Assembly: GCF_003334305.1 (NCBI RefSeq)
Contig: NZ_QOWS01000008.1
DNA length: 64,000 nt
Reading direction: 5' to 3' (one strand)
Source of the DNA: Escherichia coli
GTDB taxonomy: Bacteria; Pseudomonadota; Gammaproteobacteria; Enterobacterales; Enterobacteriaceae
Shown: positions 10,111 to 23,400 of the stretch, in pieces
How the letters are laid out: every line of letters starts with the position of its first letter
How positions within the stretch are numbered: position 1 is the first letter of the stretch
Made by a program: the position numbers and the translations under genes
The notes under the pieces: model-generated
The model's database searches: none
Seen by the model: the letters and a program-made list of their open reading frames with translations, nothing else
What the model was told of the DNA's origin: nothing

Positions 10111-12309
10111 ATGTCGACTCCTGACAATCACGGCAAGAAAGCCCCTCAATTTGCTGCGTTCAAACCGCTAACTGCGGTACAGAACGCCAACGACTGTTGC
10201 TGCGACGGCGCATGTTCCAGCTCGCCAACGCTCTCTGAAAACGTCTCCGGCACCCGCTATAGCTGGAAAGTCAGCGGCATGGACTGCGCCGCCTGTGCGC
10301 GCAAGGTAGAAAATGCTGTGCGCCAGCTTGCAGGCGTGAATCAGGTGCAGGTGTTGTTCGCCACCGAAAAACTGGTGGTCGATGCCGACAATGACATTCG
10401 TGCACAAGTTGAATCTGCGGTGCAAAAAGCAGGCTATTCCCTGCGCGATGAACAGGCCGCCGAAGAACCGCAAGCATCACGCCTGAAAGAGAATCTGTCG
10501 CTGATTACGCTAATCGTGATGATGGCAATCAGCTGGGGTCTGGAGCAGTTCAATCATCCGTTCGGGCAACTGGCGTTTATCGCGACCACGCTGGTTGGGC
10601 TGTACCCGATTGCTCGTCAGGCATTACGGCTGATCAAATCAGGCAGTTACTTCGCCATTGAAACGTTAATGAGCGTAGCCGCTATTGGTGCGCTGTTTAT
10701 TGGCGCAACGGCTGAAGCTGCGATGGTGTTGCTGCTGTTTTTGATTGGTGAACGACTGGAAGGTTGGGCCGCCAGCCGCGCGCGTCAGGGCGTCAGCGCG
10801 TTAATGGCGCTGAAACCAGAAAACGCCACGCGCCTGCGTAACGGTGAGCGTGAAGAGGTGGCAATTAACAGCCTGCGCCCTGGCGATGTGATTGAAGTTG
10901 CGGCGGGTGGGCGTTTGCCTGCCGACGGTAAACTGCTCTCACCCTTTGCCAGTTTTGATGAAAGCGCCCTGACCGGCGAATCCATTCCGGTGGAGCGTGC
11001 GACGGGCGATAAAGTTCCTGCAGGCGCCACCAGCGTAGACCGTCTGGTGACGTTGGAAGTATTGTCCGAACCGGGAGCCAGCGCCATTGACCGGATTCTG
11101 AAACTGATCGAAGAAGCCGAAGAGCGTCGCGCTCCCATTGAGCGGTTTATCGACCGTTTCAGCCGCATTTATACGCCAGCAATTATGGCCGTCGCCCTGC
11201 TGGTAACGCTGGTGCCGCCGCTGCTGTTTGCCGCCAGCTGGCAAGAGTGGATTTATAAAGGCCTGACGCTGCTGCTGATTGGCTGCCCGTGTGCGTTAGT
11301 TATCTCCACGCCCGCGGCGATTACCTCCGGGCTGGCAGCAGCGGCACGTCGTGGGGCGTTGATTAAAGGCGGAGCGGCGCTGGAACAGCTGGGTCGTGTT
11401 ACTCAGGTGGCGTTTGATAAAACCGGTACGCTGACCGTCGGTAAACCGCGCGTTACCGCGATTCATCCGGCAACGGGTATTAGTGAATCTGAACTGCTGA
11501 CACTGGCGGCGGCGGTCGAGCAAGGCGCGACGCATCCACTGGCGCAGGCCATCGTACGCGAAGCACAGGTTGCTGAACTCGCCATTCCCACCGCCGAATC
11601 ACAGCGGGCGCTGGTCGGGTCTGGCATTGAAGCGCAGGTTAACGGTGAGCGCGTATTGATTTGCGCTGCCGGGAAACATCCCGCTGATGCATTTGCTGGT
11701 TTGATTAATGAACTGGAAAGCGCCGGGCAAACGGTTGTGCTGGTAGTACGTAATGATGACGTGCTGGGTATCATTGCATTGCAGGATACCCTGCGCGCCG
11801 ACGCAGCAACTGCCATCAGTGAACTGAACGCGCTGGGGGTTAAAGGAGTGATCCTCACCGGCGATAATCCACGCGCAGCGGCGGCAATTGCCGGGGAGCT
11901 GGGGCTGGAGTTTAAAGCGGGCCTATTGCCGGAAGATAAAGTCAAAGCGGTGACCAAGCTGAATCAACATGCGCCCCTGGCGATGGTCGGTGATGGTATT
12001 AACGACGCGCCAGCGATGAAAGCTGCCGCCATTGGGATTGCAATGGGCAGTGGCACAGACGTGGCGCTGGAAACCGCCGACGCAGCATTAACCCATAACC
12101 ACCTGCGCGGCCTGGTGCAAATGATTGAACTGGCACGCGCCACTCACGCCAATATCCGCCAGAACATCACTATTGCGCTGGGGCTGAAAGGGATCTTCCT
12201 CGTCACCACGCTGCTAGGGATGACCGGACTATGGCTGGCGGTGCTGGCAGATACCGGTGCGACCGTGCTGGTAACAGCGAATGCGTTAAGATTGTTGCGC
12301 AGGAGATAA
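10111..12309 (+). CDS. zntA: Zn(II)/Cd(II)/Pb(II)-translocating P-type ATPase ZntA
   Basis: 732 aa; N-terminal Cys-rich CCCDGAC plus GMDCAAC metal-binding motifs, CPC transmembrane motif, DKTGTLT phosphorylation site. Confidence 0.97.
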   Translation: MSTPDNHGKKAPQFAAFKPLTAVQNANDCCCDGACSSSPTLSENVSGTRYSWKVSGMDCAACARKVENAVRQLAGVNQVQVLFATEKLVVDADNDIRAQVESAVQKAGYSLRDEQAAEEPQASRLKENLSLITLIVMMAISWGLEQFNHPFGQLAFIATTLVGLYPIARQALRLIKSGSYFAIETLMSVAAIGALFIGATAEAAMVLLLFLIGERLEGWAASRARQGVSALMALKPENATRLRNGEREEVAINSLRPGDVIEVAAGGRLPADGKLLSPFASFDESALTGESIPVERATGDKVPAGATSVDRLVTLEVLSEPGASAIDRILKLIEEAEERRAPIERFIDRFSRIYTPAIMAVALLVTLVPPLLFAASWQEWIYKGLTLLLIGCPCALVISTPAAITSGLAAAARRGALIKGGAALEQLGRVTQVAFDKTGTLTVGKPRVTAIHPATGISESELLTLAAAVEQGATHPLAQAIVREAQVAELAIPTAESQRALVGSGIEAQVNGERVLICAAGKHPADAFAGLINELESAGQTVVLVVRNDDVLGIIALQDTLRADAATAISELNALGVKGVILTGDNPRAAAAIAGELGLEFKAGLLPEDKVKAVTKLNQHAPLAMVGDGINDAPAMKAAAIGIAMGSGTDVALETADAALTHNHLRGLVQMIELARATHANIRQNITIALGLKGIFLVTTLLGMTGLWLAVLADTGATVLVTANALRLLRRR

Positions 12310-12410
12310 GGCAAACCGATCGCAACATTGAGCGCGATCGGTCCCCTCGCTCCTCTGGGGAGAGGGTTAGGGTGAGGGGAAAAGGCGGCATCGAAGCCAA
12401 TCTTTCCCCA

Positions 12411-12656
12411 TCAACCGCCTTTACGAATCAAATAACGATAAGGCAGTCCATCCGTCTCTTTCGCAACCAGTTCGTGTTCCATAAAGGTACAAAACCCAGG
12501 AATATCGCGGGTCGTCGCCGGATCGTCGGCGATAATCAGTAAAGTTTCGCCAGGCTGCATATTGCGCACGGTTTTGCGCACCATCATCACCGGTTCCGGG
12601 CAGCGCAGGCCAAGCGCGTCGAGTGTGTGGTCAGGGCTGGAAAAGAGATCGGTCAT
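12411..12656 (-). CDS. tusA: Sulfur carrier protein TusA (SirA/YhhP)
   Basis: 81 aa, [28 protein letters not shown]... with the CPxP active-site motif. Confidence 0.93.
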
Positions 12657-12876
12657 TTTCTTCTCATCACTTAAAAAAACGGCGCTAGTTTACGCCCTGT
12701 GAGTCCGTAAGCAAACCAGGTTAACGATTGCGTGAAAATTAACCATTGCATTGTCAACGTAAAGCAGTATCATGCGGCGGCTCGAAAAAAGGGTAAGCAC
12801 GTTATTATGTTAAGATAACAGACGTGTCGTACGTATTGGGTTCCCTCACCCCAATGGTTAATCAAAAAGGTACAAT

Positions 12877-13542
12877 ATGAACGTTTTCTCGCAAACTCAA
12901 CGCTATAAGGCGTTGTTCTGGTTATCGTTATTTCATCTGCTGGTGATCACCTCCAGTAACTATCTGGTCCAGCTTCCGGTCTCCATTTTTGGTTTTCATA
13001 CCACCTGGGGCGCGTTTAGTTTTCCGTTTATCTTTCTCGCGACCGACCTGACCGTGCGTATTTTTGGCGCACCGCTGGCCCGACGCATTATCTTCGCGGT
13101 AATGATCCCTGCGTTATTAATCTCCTATGTCATCTCGTCGCTGTTCTATATGGGTTCATGGCAGGGATTCGGCGCACTCGCCCACTTCAACCTGTTTGTC
13201 GCCCGTATCGCCACCGCCAGTTTCATGGCCTACGCGCTGGGGCAAATCCTCGACGTGCACGTTTTTAACCGCCTGCGTCAAAGTCGCCGCTGGTGGCTGG
13301 CACCGACAGCGTCCACACTGTTCGGTAACGTCAGTGACACGCTGGCCTTTTTCTTCATTGCCTTCTGGCGTAGCCCGGATGCCTTTATGGCTGAACACTG
13401 GATGGAAATCGCGCTGGTCGATTACTGTTTCAAAGTGTTAATCAGTATCGTTTTCTTCCTGCCAATGTATGGCGTATTACTCAATATGCTGTTGAAAAGA
13501 CTGGCAGATAAATCCGAAATCAACGCTTTGCAGGCGAGTTAA
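12877..13542 (+). CDS. yhhQ: Queuosine precursor transporter YhhQ
   Basis: 221-aa membrane ORF MNVFSQTQRYKALFWLSLFHLLVITSSNYLVQLP... Confidence 0.88.
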   Translation: MNVFSQTQRYKALFWLSLFHLLVITSSNYLVQLPVSIFGFHTTWGAFSFPFIFLATDLTVRIFGAPLARRIIFAVMIPALLISYVISSLFYMGSWQGFGALAHFNLFVARIATASFMAYALGQILDVHVFNRLRQSRRWWLAPTASTLFGNVSDTLAFFFIAFWRSPDAFMAEHWMEIALVDYCFKVLISIVFFLPMYGVLLNMLLKRLADKSEINALQAS

Positions 13543-13614
13543 AGGTTCGTTATCAGAGTTGTGATAAGATGGATGAATGAGCCGTTATGGCCGTTTATCG
13601 AAAGGAAGAAGTCA

Positions 13615-14172
13615 ATGCGCAATCTGGTTAAATATGTCGGAATTGGCCTGCTGGTTATGGGGCTTGCGGCCTGTGATGATAAAGACACTAACGCTACGGC
13701 GCAGGGTTCGGTCGCGGAAAGTAACGCTACCGGGAATCCCGTCAACCTGCTTGATGGCAAGTTAAGTTTCTCGCTGCCAGCGGATATGACCGACCAGAGC
13801 GGTAAGCTGGGAACGCAGGCCAATAACATGCATGTCTGGTCCGACGCCACCGGGCAGAAAGCAGTCATCGTCATCATGGGCGATGATCCGAAAGAAGATC
13901 TGGCGGTGCTGGCGAAGCGTCTGGAAGATCAGCAACGTAGCCGCGATCCGCAGCTGCAAGTGGTAACCAATAAAGCCATTGAGCTGAAAGGTCACAAAAT
14001 GCAGCAGTTAGACAGTATTATCTCCGCGAAAGGCCAGACGGCGTACTCTTCCGTTATTCTGGGTAACGTGGGTAATCAACTGCTGACCATGCAAATTACG
14101 CTGCCCGCTGACGATCAGCAAAAAGCGCAGACCACCGCAGAAAACATCATTAATACGCTGGTTATTCAGTAA
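13615..14172 (+). CDS. dcrB: Periplasmic lipoprotein DcrB
   Basis: [24 protein letters not shown]... lipobox LAAC; start chosen inside the 203-aa ORF to give 185 aa. Confidence 0.85.
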
Positions 14173-14175
14173 GTT

Positions 14176-15393
14176 TTAAGATGATGAGGCGGCCTCAGGG
14201 ACGTGTTCCGGAGGCCGTTTTTTTAATCGCCACGTCAGTAATAACGCGATTGCGACCAGTCCCGCCGCCGCCAGATAAATCACCGGTACGCCCGCCCAGC
14301 TCATCACCAGCCCAGCCAGTGGTCCAGTCACGCCAAGCGATAAATCCATAAATACGGTGTAAGTTGCCAGCGCCGCCCCCTGATTTTGCTGCGGAACCGC
14401 TTTTACCGCCACTACACCCAATGCCGGGAACACCAGCGAAAACCCGGCCCCCGCCAGTAAGACGCCGATTTTCGCCATCCACGGCATAGTCGCCACGCCA
14501 ACCAGTAGCAGGCCGATTATCTCAACGCTAAAGCAAATCATCGCTACGTTTAAGCCACCGATACGGTTAATGCCGTTAGGGAATAACAAACGCGTACCGA
14601 CAAACGCACAGCTAAACAGCGTCAGCGCGAAAGCCGCACCGTCCCAACCTTTAGCGTCATAAAACAGCGTGATAAAGGTGGCGATGACGCCAAATCCGGC
14701 GGAAGCCAGTGCCAGCGCCATACCGTACAGCCAGACGCTCCCAAGCACCGCGCGAAACGGCAGCGGTTTGCCTTTACTGGCTTTTACCGTCGGACGCGGG
14801 ATCGCCAACAAAATGGCCACCAGCGCCACGCCCATAATGATTAACGCTAACGCCTGCAAGCCGCCCCAGTGATAAAACACGACGCCTAACGGCGCACCCA
14901 TCGCCATCGCCCCGTAAGTGACAATGCCGTTCCACGAAATCACCCGCCCGATATGCAGCGAGCCAACCACGCCAACGCCCCACAGGGTCGATCCCGTTCC
15001 GGCAAAACTTTGCCCAATCCCAAGGATGACGCGCCCCAGGCAAAGTAATAACAGGCTGATGACAGGCAGACTGGCGGTTAATCCTGCCGTCAGATACCCC
15101 AGACCGCTCAAAAAGCAGCCGCATAAACCGAAGACGACAATCTTTTTGGGTCCCAGCAAATCGGCATAACGTCCGGCATGAGGGCGGCTCAGCAAGGTGG
15201 CGAAATATTGCAGGCTGATAACCAATCCTGCCCAGAAAGCGCTAAAGCCCATCACATCATGGACATAGCCCGGTAATACAGCGAGCGGCAACCCGATGGT
15301 GAGGTAGCTGGCGAAGTTAAACATGACAATGGAGACAATGCGCAAATTCAGGCGCAATCCGTTTAGCGCGGGTTCGGCTACGGGTTCGGGCAT
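14176..15393 (-). CDS. yhhS: MFS transporter YhhS
   Basis: Polytopic MFS-like translation MPEPVAEPALNGLRLNLRIVSIVMFNFASYLTIGLPLAVLPGY...; internal start chosen (405 aa). Confidence 0.85.
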   Translation of the reverse strand: MPEPVAEPALNGLRLNLRIVSIVMFNFASYLTIGLPLAVLPGYVHDVMGFSAFWAGLVISLQYFATLLSRPHAGRYADLLGPKKIVVFGLCGCFLSGLGYLTAGLTASLPVISLLLLCLGRVILGIGQSFAGTGSTLWGVGVVGSLHIGRVISWNGIVTYGAMAMGAPLGVVFYHWGGLQALALIIMGVALVAILLAIPRPTVKASKGKPLPFRAVLGSVWLYGMALALASAGFGVIATFITLFYDAKGWDGAAFALTLFSCAFVGTRLLFPNGINRIGGLNVAMICFSVEIIGLLLVGVATMPWMAKIGVLLAGAGFSLVFPALGVVAVKAVPQQNQGAALATYTVFMDLSLGVTGPLAGLVMSWAGVPVIYLAAAGLVAIALLLTWRLKKRPPEHVPEAASSS

Positions 15394-15524
15394 GAGGATC
15401 ACCACATTTTTACAACAGTGTTTCATTTTTACCATGTGCTGACGTGAAAATCAGCAGTAAGAATCAGAATATTGCTGGCGTGACTCCCGCTACACTTAAT
15501 ACAAAAAGTCACAAGGAAGCCCCA

Positions 15525-16574
15525 ATGGAAACCCCTCAACCCGATAAAACGGGCATGCACATTCTGCTCAAGCTGGCCTCGCTGGTAGTGATCCTCGCGG
15601 GCATTCACGCAGCGGCAGATATCATTGTGCAGCTGTTACTGGCGCTGTTTTTTGCCATCGTCCTCAACCCGCTCGTCACCTGGTTTATTCGTCGGGGAGT
15701 ACAACGCCCCGTTGCCATTACGATTGTAGTGGTGGTGATGCTGATCGCACTAACCGCGCTGGTCGGCGTACTGGCGGCATCGTTTAACGAATTTATCTCT
15801 ATGCTGCCGAAGTTTAATAAGGAGCTGACGCGCAAACTTTTTAAATTGCAGGAGATGTTGCCTTTTCTTAATTTGCATATGTCGCCGGAGCGAATGCTGC
15901 AGCGGATGGACTCGGAAAAAGTGGTTACCTTCACCACAGCGCTAATGACCGGGCTTTCCGGGGCAATGGCGAGCGTGCTTTTGCTGGTGATGACCGTAGT
16001 TTTTATGCTGTTTGAAGTGCGCCACGTCCCTTACAAAATGCGTTTTGCGCTGAATAATCCACAGATTCACATCGCGGGATTACACCGCGCACTTAAAGGC
16101 GTTTCGCACTATCTTGCATTGAAGACGCTACTCAGTTTATGGACAGGTGTCATCGTCTGGCTGGGGCTGGAGCTGATGGGGGTACAGTTTGCGCTGATGT
16201 GGGCAGTACTGGCGTTTTTGCTTAACTACGTGCCCAATATCGGCGCGGTAATTTCCGCCGTACCGCCAATGATTCAGGTGCTGCTGTTTAATGGTATTTA
16301 CGAATGTATTCTGGTCGGCGCATTGTTTTTAGTTGTCCATATGGTCATCGGCAATATTTTAGAGCCACGGATGATGGGCCATCGCCTGGGGATGTCCACC
16401 ATGGTGGTATTTCTTTCATTGTTAATCTGGGGATGGCTGCTCGGCCCGGTAGGGATGCTACTTTCGGTGCCATTAACCAGCGTGTGTAAAATCTGGATGG
16501 AAACGACGAAAGGTGGCAGCAAACTGGCGATTTTACTGGGGCCGGGCAGACCGAAAAGTCGGTTACCGGGATGA
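15525..16574 (+). CDS. yhhT: AI-2E (PerM) family inner membrane protein YhhT
   Basis: METPQPDKTGMHILLKLASLVVILAGIHAAADIIVQ...; internal start chosen inside the 376-aa ORF (349 aa). Confidence 0.8.
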   Translation: METPQPDKTGMHILLKLASLVVILAGIHAAADIIVQLLLALFFAIVLNPLVTWFIRRGVQRPVAITIVVVVMLIALTALVGVLAASFNEFISMLPKFNKELTRKLFKLQEMLPFLNLHMSPERMLQRMDSEKVVTFTTALMTGLSGAMASVLLLVMTVVFMLFEVRHVPYKMRFALNNPQIHIAGLHRALKGVSHYLALKTLLSLWTGVIVWLGLELMGVQFALMWAVLAFLLNYVPNIGAVISAVPPMIQVLLFNGIYECILVGALFLVVHMVIGNILEPRMMGHRLGMSTMVVFLSLLIWGWLLGPVGMLLSVPLTSVCKIWMETTKGGSKLAILLGPGRPKSRLPG

Positions 16575-16628
16575 GGCGACAAGTGATACGATACGCACTT
16601 TCATTTTCCATTAAACGTTGGCCCTGAT

Positions 16629-17216
16629 ATGTATCGGATAGTTCTGGGGAAAGTTTCGACCTTAAGCGCAGCTCCACTGCCACCGGGTTTACGCGAGCAA
16701 GCACCGCAAGGTCCACGACGCGAACGCTGGCTGGCGGGGCGTGCATTGCTTTCGCACACGCTTTCCCCGCTACCGGAGATCATCTATGGCGAACAAGGCA
16801 AACCTGCATTCGCGCCGGAAACGCCGCTATGGTTCAACTTAAGCCATAGCGGTGACGATATCGCTCTGCTGTTGAGTGATGAAGGCGAAGTCGGCTGCGA
16901 TATCGAAGTGATTCGCCCGCGCGCCAACTGGCGCTGGCTGGCGAACGCCGTATTCAGCCTCGGGGAACACGCTGAGATGGACGCCGTGCATCCTGATCAG
17001 CAACTGGAAATGTTCTGGCGCATCTGGACGCGCAAAGAAGCCATCGTTAAACAGCGTGGCGGCAGCGCCTGGCAAATCGTCAGCGTAGACAGCACCTATC
17101 ACTCCTCGCTGTCAGTCAGCCATTGTCAGCTTGAAAATTTAAGCCTGGCGATCTGCACCCCCACCCCCTTTACGCTCACCGCCGACAGTGTGCAATGGAT
17201 CGATTCAGTTAACTGA
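16629..17216 (+). CDS. acpT: 4'-phosphopantetheinyl transferase AcpT
   Basis: 195 aa MYRIVLGKVSTLSAAPLPPGLREQ..., Sfp-type PPTase. Confidence 0.87.
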   Translation: MYRIVLGKVSTLSAAPLPPGLREQAPQGPRRERWLAGRALLSHTLSPLPEIIYGEQGKPAFAPETPLWFNLSHSGDDIALLLSDEGEVGCDIEVIRPRANWRWLANAVFSLGEHAEMDAVHPDQQLEMFWRIWTRKEAIVKQRGGSAWQIVSVDSTYHSSLSVSHCQLENLSLAICTPTPFTLTADSVQWIDSVN

Positions 17217-17262
17217 TCCGCCCACCCGACTGCCCATCTATTGATCCAGAACAGGTAATCAG

Positions 17263-17290
17263 TATGACGAATACTTAAAATCGTCATACT
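17263..17290 (+). promoter_or_regulatory. NikR operator in the nikA promoter
   Basis: GTATGA-N16-TCATAC (gtatgacgaatacttaaaatcgtcatac), the canonical NikR dyad, about 40 bp upstream of the nikA ATG. Confidence 0.82.
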
Positions 17291-17326
17291 TATTTCCGCC
17301 ATCTATTTTAATCCATTGGGGTTACC

Positions 17327-18901
17327 ATGCTCTCCACACTCCGCCGCACTCTATTTGCGCTGCTGGCTTGTGCGTCTTTTATCGTCCATGCCGCTGCACC
17401 AGATGAAATCACCACCGCCTGGCCGGTGAATGTCGGGCCACTAAACCCGCACCTTTACACGCCTAACCAGATGTTCGCCCAGAGCATGGTTTATGAACCA
17501 TTGGTGAAATATCAGGCAGACGGTTCGGTGATCCCGTGGCTGGCAAAAAGCTGGACTCATTCAGAAGATGGTAAAACCTGGACCTTCACCCTGCGTGATG
17601 ACGTGAAATTCTCCAACGGTGAACCGTTCGATGCCGAGGCGGCGGCAGAAAACTTCCGCGCAGTGCTCGATAACCGTCAACGTCACGCCTGGCTGGAGCT
17701 GGCAAACCAGATTGTTGATGTTAAAGCACTCAGTAAAACAGAGCTGCAAATTACCCTGAAAAGCGCCTACTATCCTTTCCTGCAAGAACTGGCCCTGCCC
17801 CGTCCTTTCCGTTTTATCGCTCCCTCGCAGTTTAAAAACCATGAAACCATGAACGGAATTAAAGCGCCGATTGGCACCGGACCGTGGATTTTGCAGGAAT
17901 CGAAACTGAATCAGTACGATGTCTTCGTCCGTAACGAAAACTACTGGGGCGAAAAGCCGGCGATTAAGAAGATCACTTTTAACGTCATCCCGGACCCGAC
18001 TACCCGCGCGGTGGCGTTTGAAACTGGCGATATCGACCTGCTGTACGGAAACGAAGGGTTATTACCGCTCGATACCTTCGCCCGCTTTAGCCAGAACCCG
18101 GCTTACCACACCCAACTGTCACAGCCGATCGAAACCGTGATGCTGGCACTCAATACCGCCAAAGCCCCCACCAACGAGCTGGCAGTACGGGAAGCTCTTA
18201 ATTACGCGGTGAACAAAAAATCGCTGATTGATAACGCGTTGTATGGCACCCAGCAGGTCGCCGACACCCTGTTTGCCCCTTCTGTGCCCTACGCCAACCT
18301 CGGCCTGAAACCGCGCCAGTACGATCCGCAGAAAGCGAAAGCGTTGCTGGAAAAAGCCGGTTGGACGCTGCCTGCGGGCAAAGACATCCGCGAGAAAAAT
18401 GGTCAGCCGCTGCGCATTGAACTGTCGTTCATCGGCACCGATGCGTTAAGCAAATCGATGGCGGAAATCATTCAGGCTGATATGCGCCAGATTGGCGCAG
18501 ATGTCTCGCTGATTGGCGAAGAAGAGAGCAGTATCTATGCTCGTCAGCGCGACGGTCGTTTTGGCATGATTTTCCACCGCACCTGGGGCGCGCCATACGA
18601 TCCACACGCCTTCCTCAGTTCAATGCGCGTACCGTCACACGCTGACTTCCAGGCACAGCAAGGATTAGCCGACAAACCGCTGATTGATAAAGAGATCGGC
18701 GAAGTGCTGGCGACCCATGACGAAACGCAACGTCAGGCGCTGTATCGCGACATTCTGACCCGTCTGCATGACGAGGCGGTTTATCTGCCTATCAGCTACA
18801 TCTCGATGATGGTGGTATCAAAACCGGAGCTGGGTAATATCCCCTACGCGCCGATCGCCACCGAAATTCCGTTCGAACAGATTAAACCGGTGAAACCTTA
18901 A
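17327..18901 (+). CDS. nikA: Nickel ABC transporter periplasmic binding protein NikA
   Basis: 524 aa with signal peptide [28 protein letters not shown]... Confidence 0.95.
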
Positions 18902-19841
18902 TGTTGCGTTACGTATTACGCCGCTTTCTGCTGCTGATCCCGATGGTGCTCGCCGCCTCGGTGATCATTTTTCTGATGCTGCGCCTCGGTACCGGCGACC
19001 CGGCGCTCGATTATTTGCGTCTGTCTAACCTGCCGCCGACGCCGGAGATGCTGGCCTCTACCCGCACCATGCTGGGACTGGATCAGCCGCTGTACGTCCA
19101 GTACGGCACCTGGTTGTGGAAGGCGCTGCATCTTGACTTTGGTATCTCATTCGCCAGCCAACGCCCGGTACTGGACGATATGCTGAACTTCCTGCCCGCC
19201 ACGCTGGAACTTGCAGGTGCGGCGCTGGTATTAATTCTGCTCACTTCCGTACCGCTCGGTATCTGGGCGGCGCGCCACCGCGACCGTCTGCCGGATTTCG
19301 CCGTGCGCTTTATCGCGTTTCTTGGCGTGTCGATGCCTAACTTCTGGCTGGCGTTTTTACTGGTGATGGCGTTTTCGGTGTATCTGCAATGGCTACCCGC
19401 GATGGGTTACGGCGGCTGGCAGCACATCATTTTGCCTGCGGTTTCCATTGCCTTTATGTCGCTGGCGATTAACGCGCGTTTACTGCGCGCCAGTATGCTG
19501 GACGTCGCCGGTCAGCGTCACGTCACCTGGGCGCGTCTGCGCGGCCTGAACGACAAACAGACCGAACGTCGCCACATCCTGCGCAATGCCTCGCTGCCGA
19601 TGATCACCGCCGTGGGGATGCACATCGGCGAACTGATCGGCGGGACGATGATTATCGAAAACATCTTTGCCTGGCCGGGCGTCGGGCGCTATGCGGTGTC
19701 GGCGATTTTTAACCGTGACTATCCGGTGATCCAGTGCTTTACGCTGATGATGGTGGTGGTTTTTGTGGTCTGTAATTTGATTGTCGATTTGCTCAACGCC
19801 GCGCTGGACCCGCGCATTCGTCGTCATGAAGGAGCGCACGC

Positions 19842-19845
<4 letters not shown>
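18901..19845 (+). CDS. nikB: Nickel ABC transporter permease NikB
   Basis: 314-aa permease; start overlaps nikA stop. Confidence 0.94.
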
Positions 19846-22649
<2,804 letters not shown>

Positions 22650-22681
22650 GTTATTTCTGAAACGAGGAAAGAAAAGATATT

Positions 22682-22714
22682 AACTGAACTTAATTTATAA
22701 AATTAAGTTCAGTT
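22682..22714. terminator. Perfect 14-bp inverted repeat hairpin between convergent nikR and the HicB-like gene
   Basis: aactgaacttaatt-N5-aattaagttcagtt; AT-rich stem-loop in a convergent intergenic region, likely bidirectional terminator. Confidence 0.55.
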
Positions 22715-22768
22715 GCATAGATAGATCCTGTAAAGGCAGATATTCTGCGTAATGTACGCCGCTAAAAT

Positions 22769-23128
22769 TTATAAATGATTCAAACGCTCATTCAGTGTTT
22801 CAATAATATAGGTATTAACAGAGACTTGTTGCTGCGCAGCCGCATTATTAAGGCGTTCACTCAGCGATTCTGGATAGCGTAACGTAAAGGTCTTAATCTT
22901 TTCTGTACGCGCATACGGCTCAATACCCGCAGCTTTACAATCCTCAAGATACTCTCGCAGGGAAAGTTCCCCTTCTTTTTGCAGCCCCTGAATGCTGTCA
23001 GAGACAAAATCACAATAACCTGACAAGCCCAGGAATTTGCCACGAAATGCATTCAGTTCTGGCACGTAAGTGATAACTGCAGGTTGCCCGGCAATCTCCA
23101 TAGAGTTTGGCGTCTTCAGTTTGATCAT
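22769..23128 (-). CDS. HicB-family antitoxin-like protein with C-terminal ribbon-helix-helix
   Basis: 119 aa; C-terminal TLRYPESLSERLNNAAAQQQVSVNTYIIETLNERL resembles a CopG/RHH DNA-binding motif; ATG overlaps the stop of the upstream HicA-like ORF. Confidence 0.7.
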   Translation of the reverse strand: MIKLKTPNSMEIAGQPAVITYVPELNAFRGKFLGLSGYCDFVSDSIQGLQKEGELSLREYLEDCKAAGIEPYARTEKIKTFTLRYPESLSERLNNAAAQQQVSVNTYIIETLNERLNHL

Positions 23129-23400
23129 GGTTTTACCCCTATACTTAGTAACCAGTCACGCACGCTTTCTACAGCGCCTTTATCGGTATCTGGCGACGGA
23201 TGAGGCCGATGGAAACACGCAACGCTCATATTTAGTATGAACTTACAACGCGAACCTCTTCCTTCCTTAATTTCTCCGCCTAATGCTTTAACCAGTGACT
23301 CTATATCAGACCACTTGATCCCTTGAGGAACAGGAGTTTTAAATATTTGATCCAATGTATTTTTTTGTTTCTTCCGTAAAGCCTGTACCTTGGTTCTCAT
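23125..23400 (-). CDS. HicA-family toxin-like protein (putative mRNA interferase)
   Basis: 91 aa; ...IESLVKALGGEIKEGRGSRCKFILNMSVACFHRPHP... matches the HicA pattern (G..GS..K......HRPHP); AAGGA ribosome-binding site before ATG; 4-bp overlap with downstream antitoxin-like ORF. Confidence 0.7.
   Translation of the reverse strand: MRTKVQALRKKQKNTLDQIFKTPVPQGIKWSDIESLVKALGGEIKEGRGSRCKFILNMSVACFHRPHPSPDTDKGAVESVRDWLLSIGVKP

Noticed and set aside
11463-11957. 164-aa minus-strand ORF inside zntA
   Set aside because: Antisense to a well-supported 732-aa P-type ATPase gene; Ala/Ser/Pro-rich composition typical of spurious frames in GC-rich genes.
15444-15524. N-terminal extensions of several ORFs (yhhT here; likewise ftsX, livK, livJ, dcrB, yhhS, slp, rsmJ, prlC, rlmJ, arsB, gadE, hdeB, yhiD)
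   Set aside because: The six-frame ORFs extend upstream of the start codons that give the protein lengths and N-termini I remember; internal starts were chosen. These remain uncertain by a few codons without ribosome profiling or a reference alignment.
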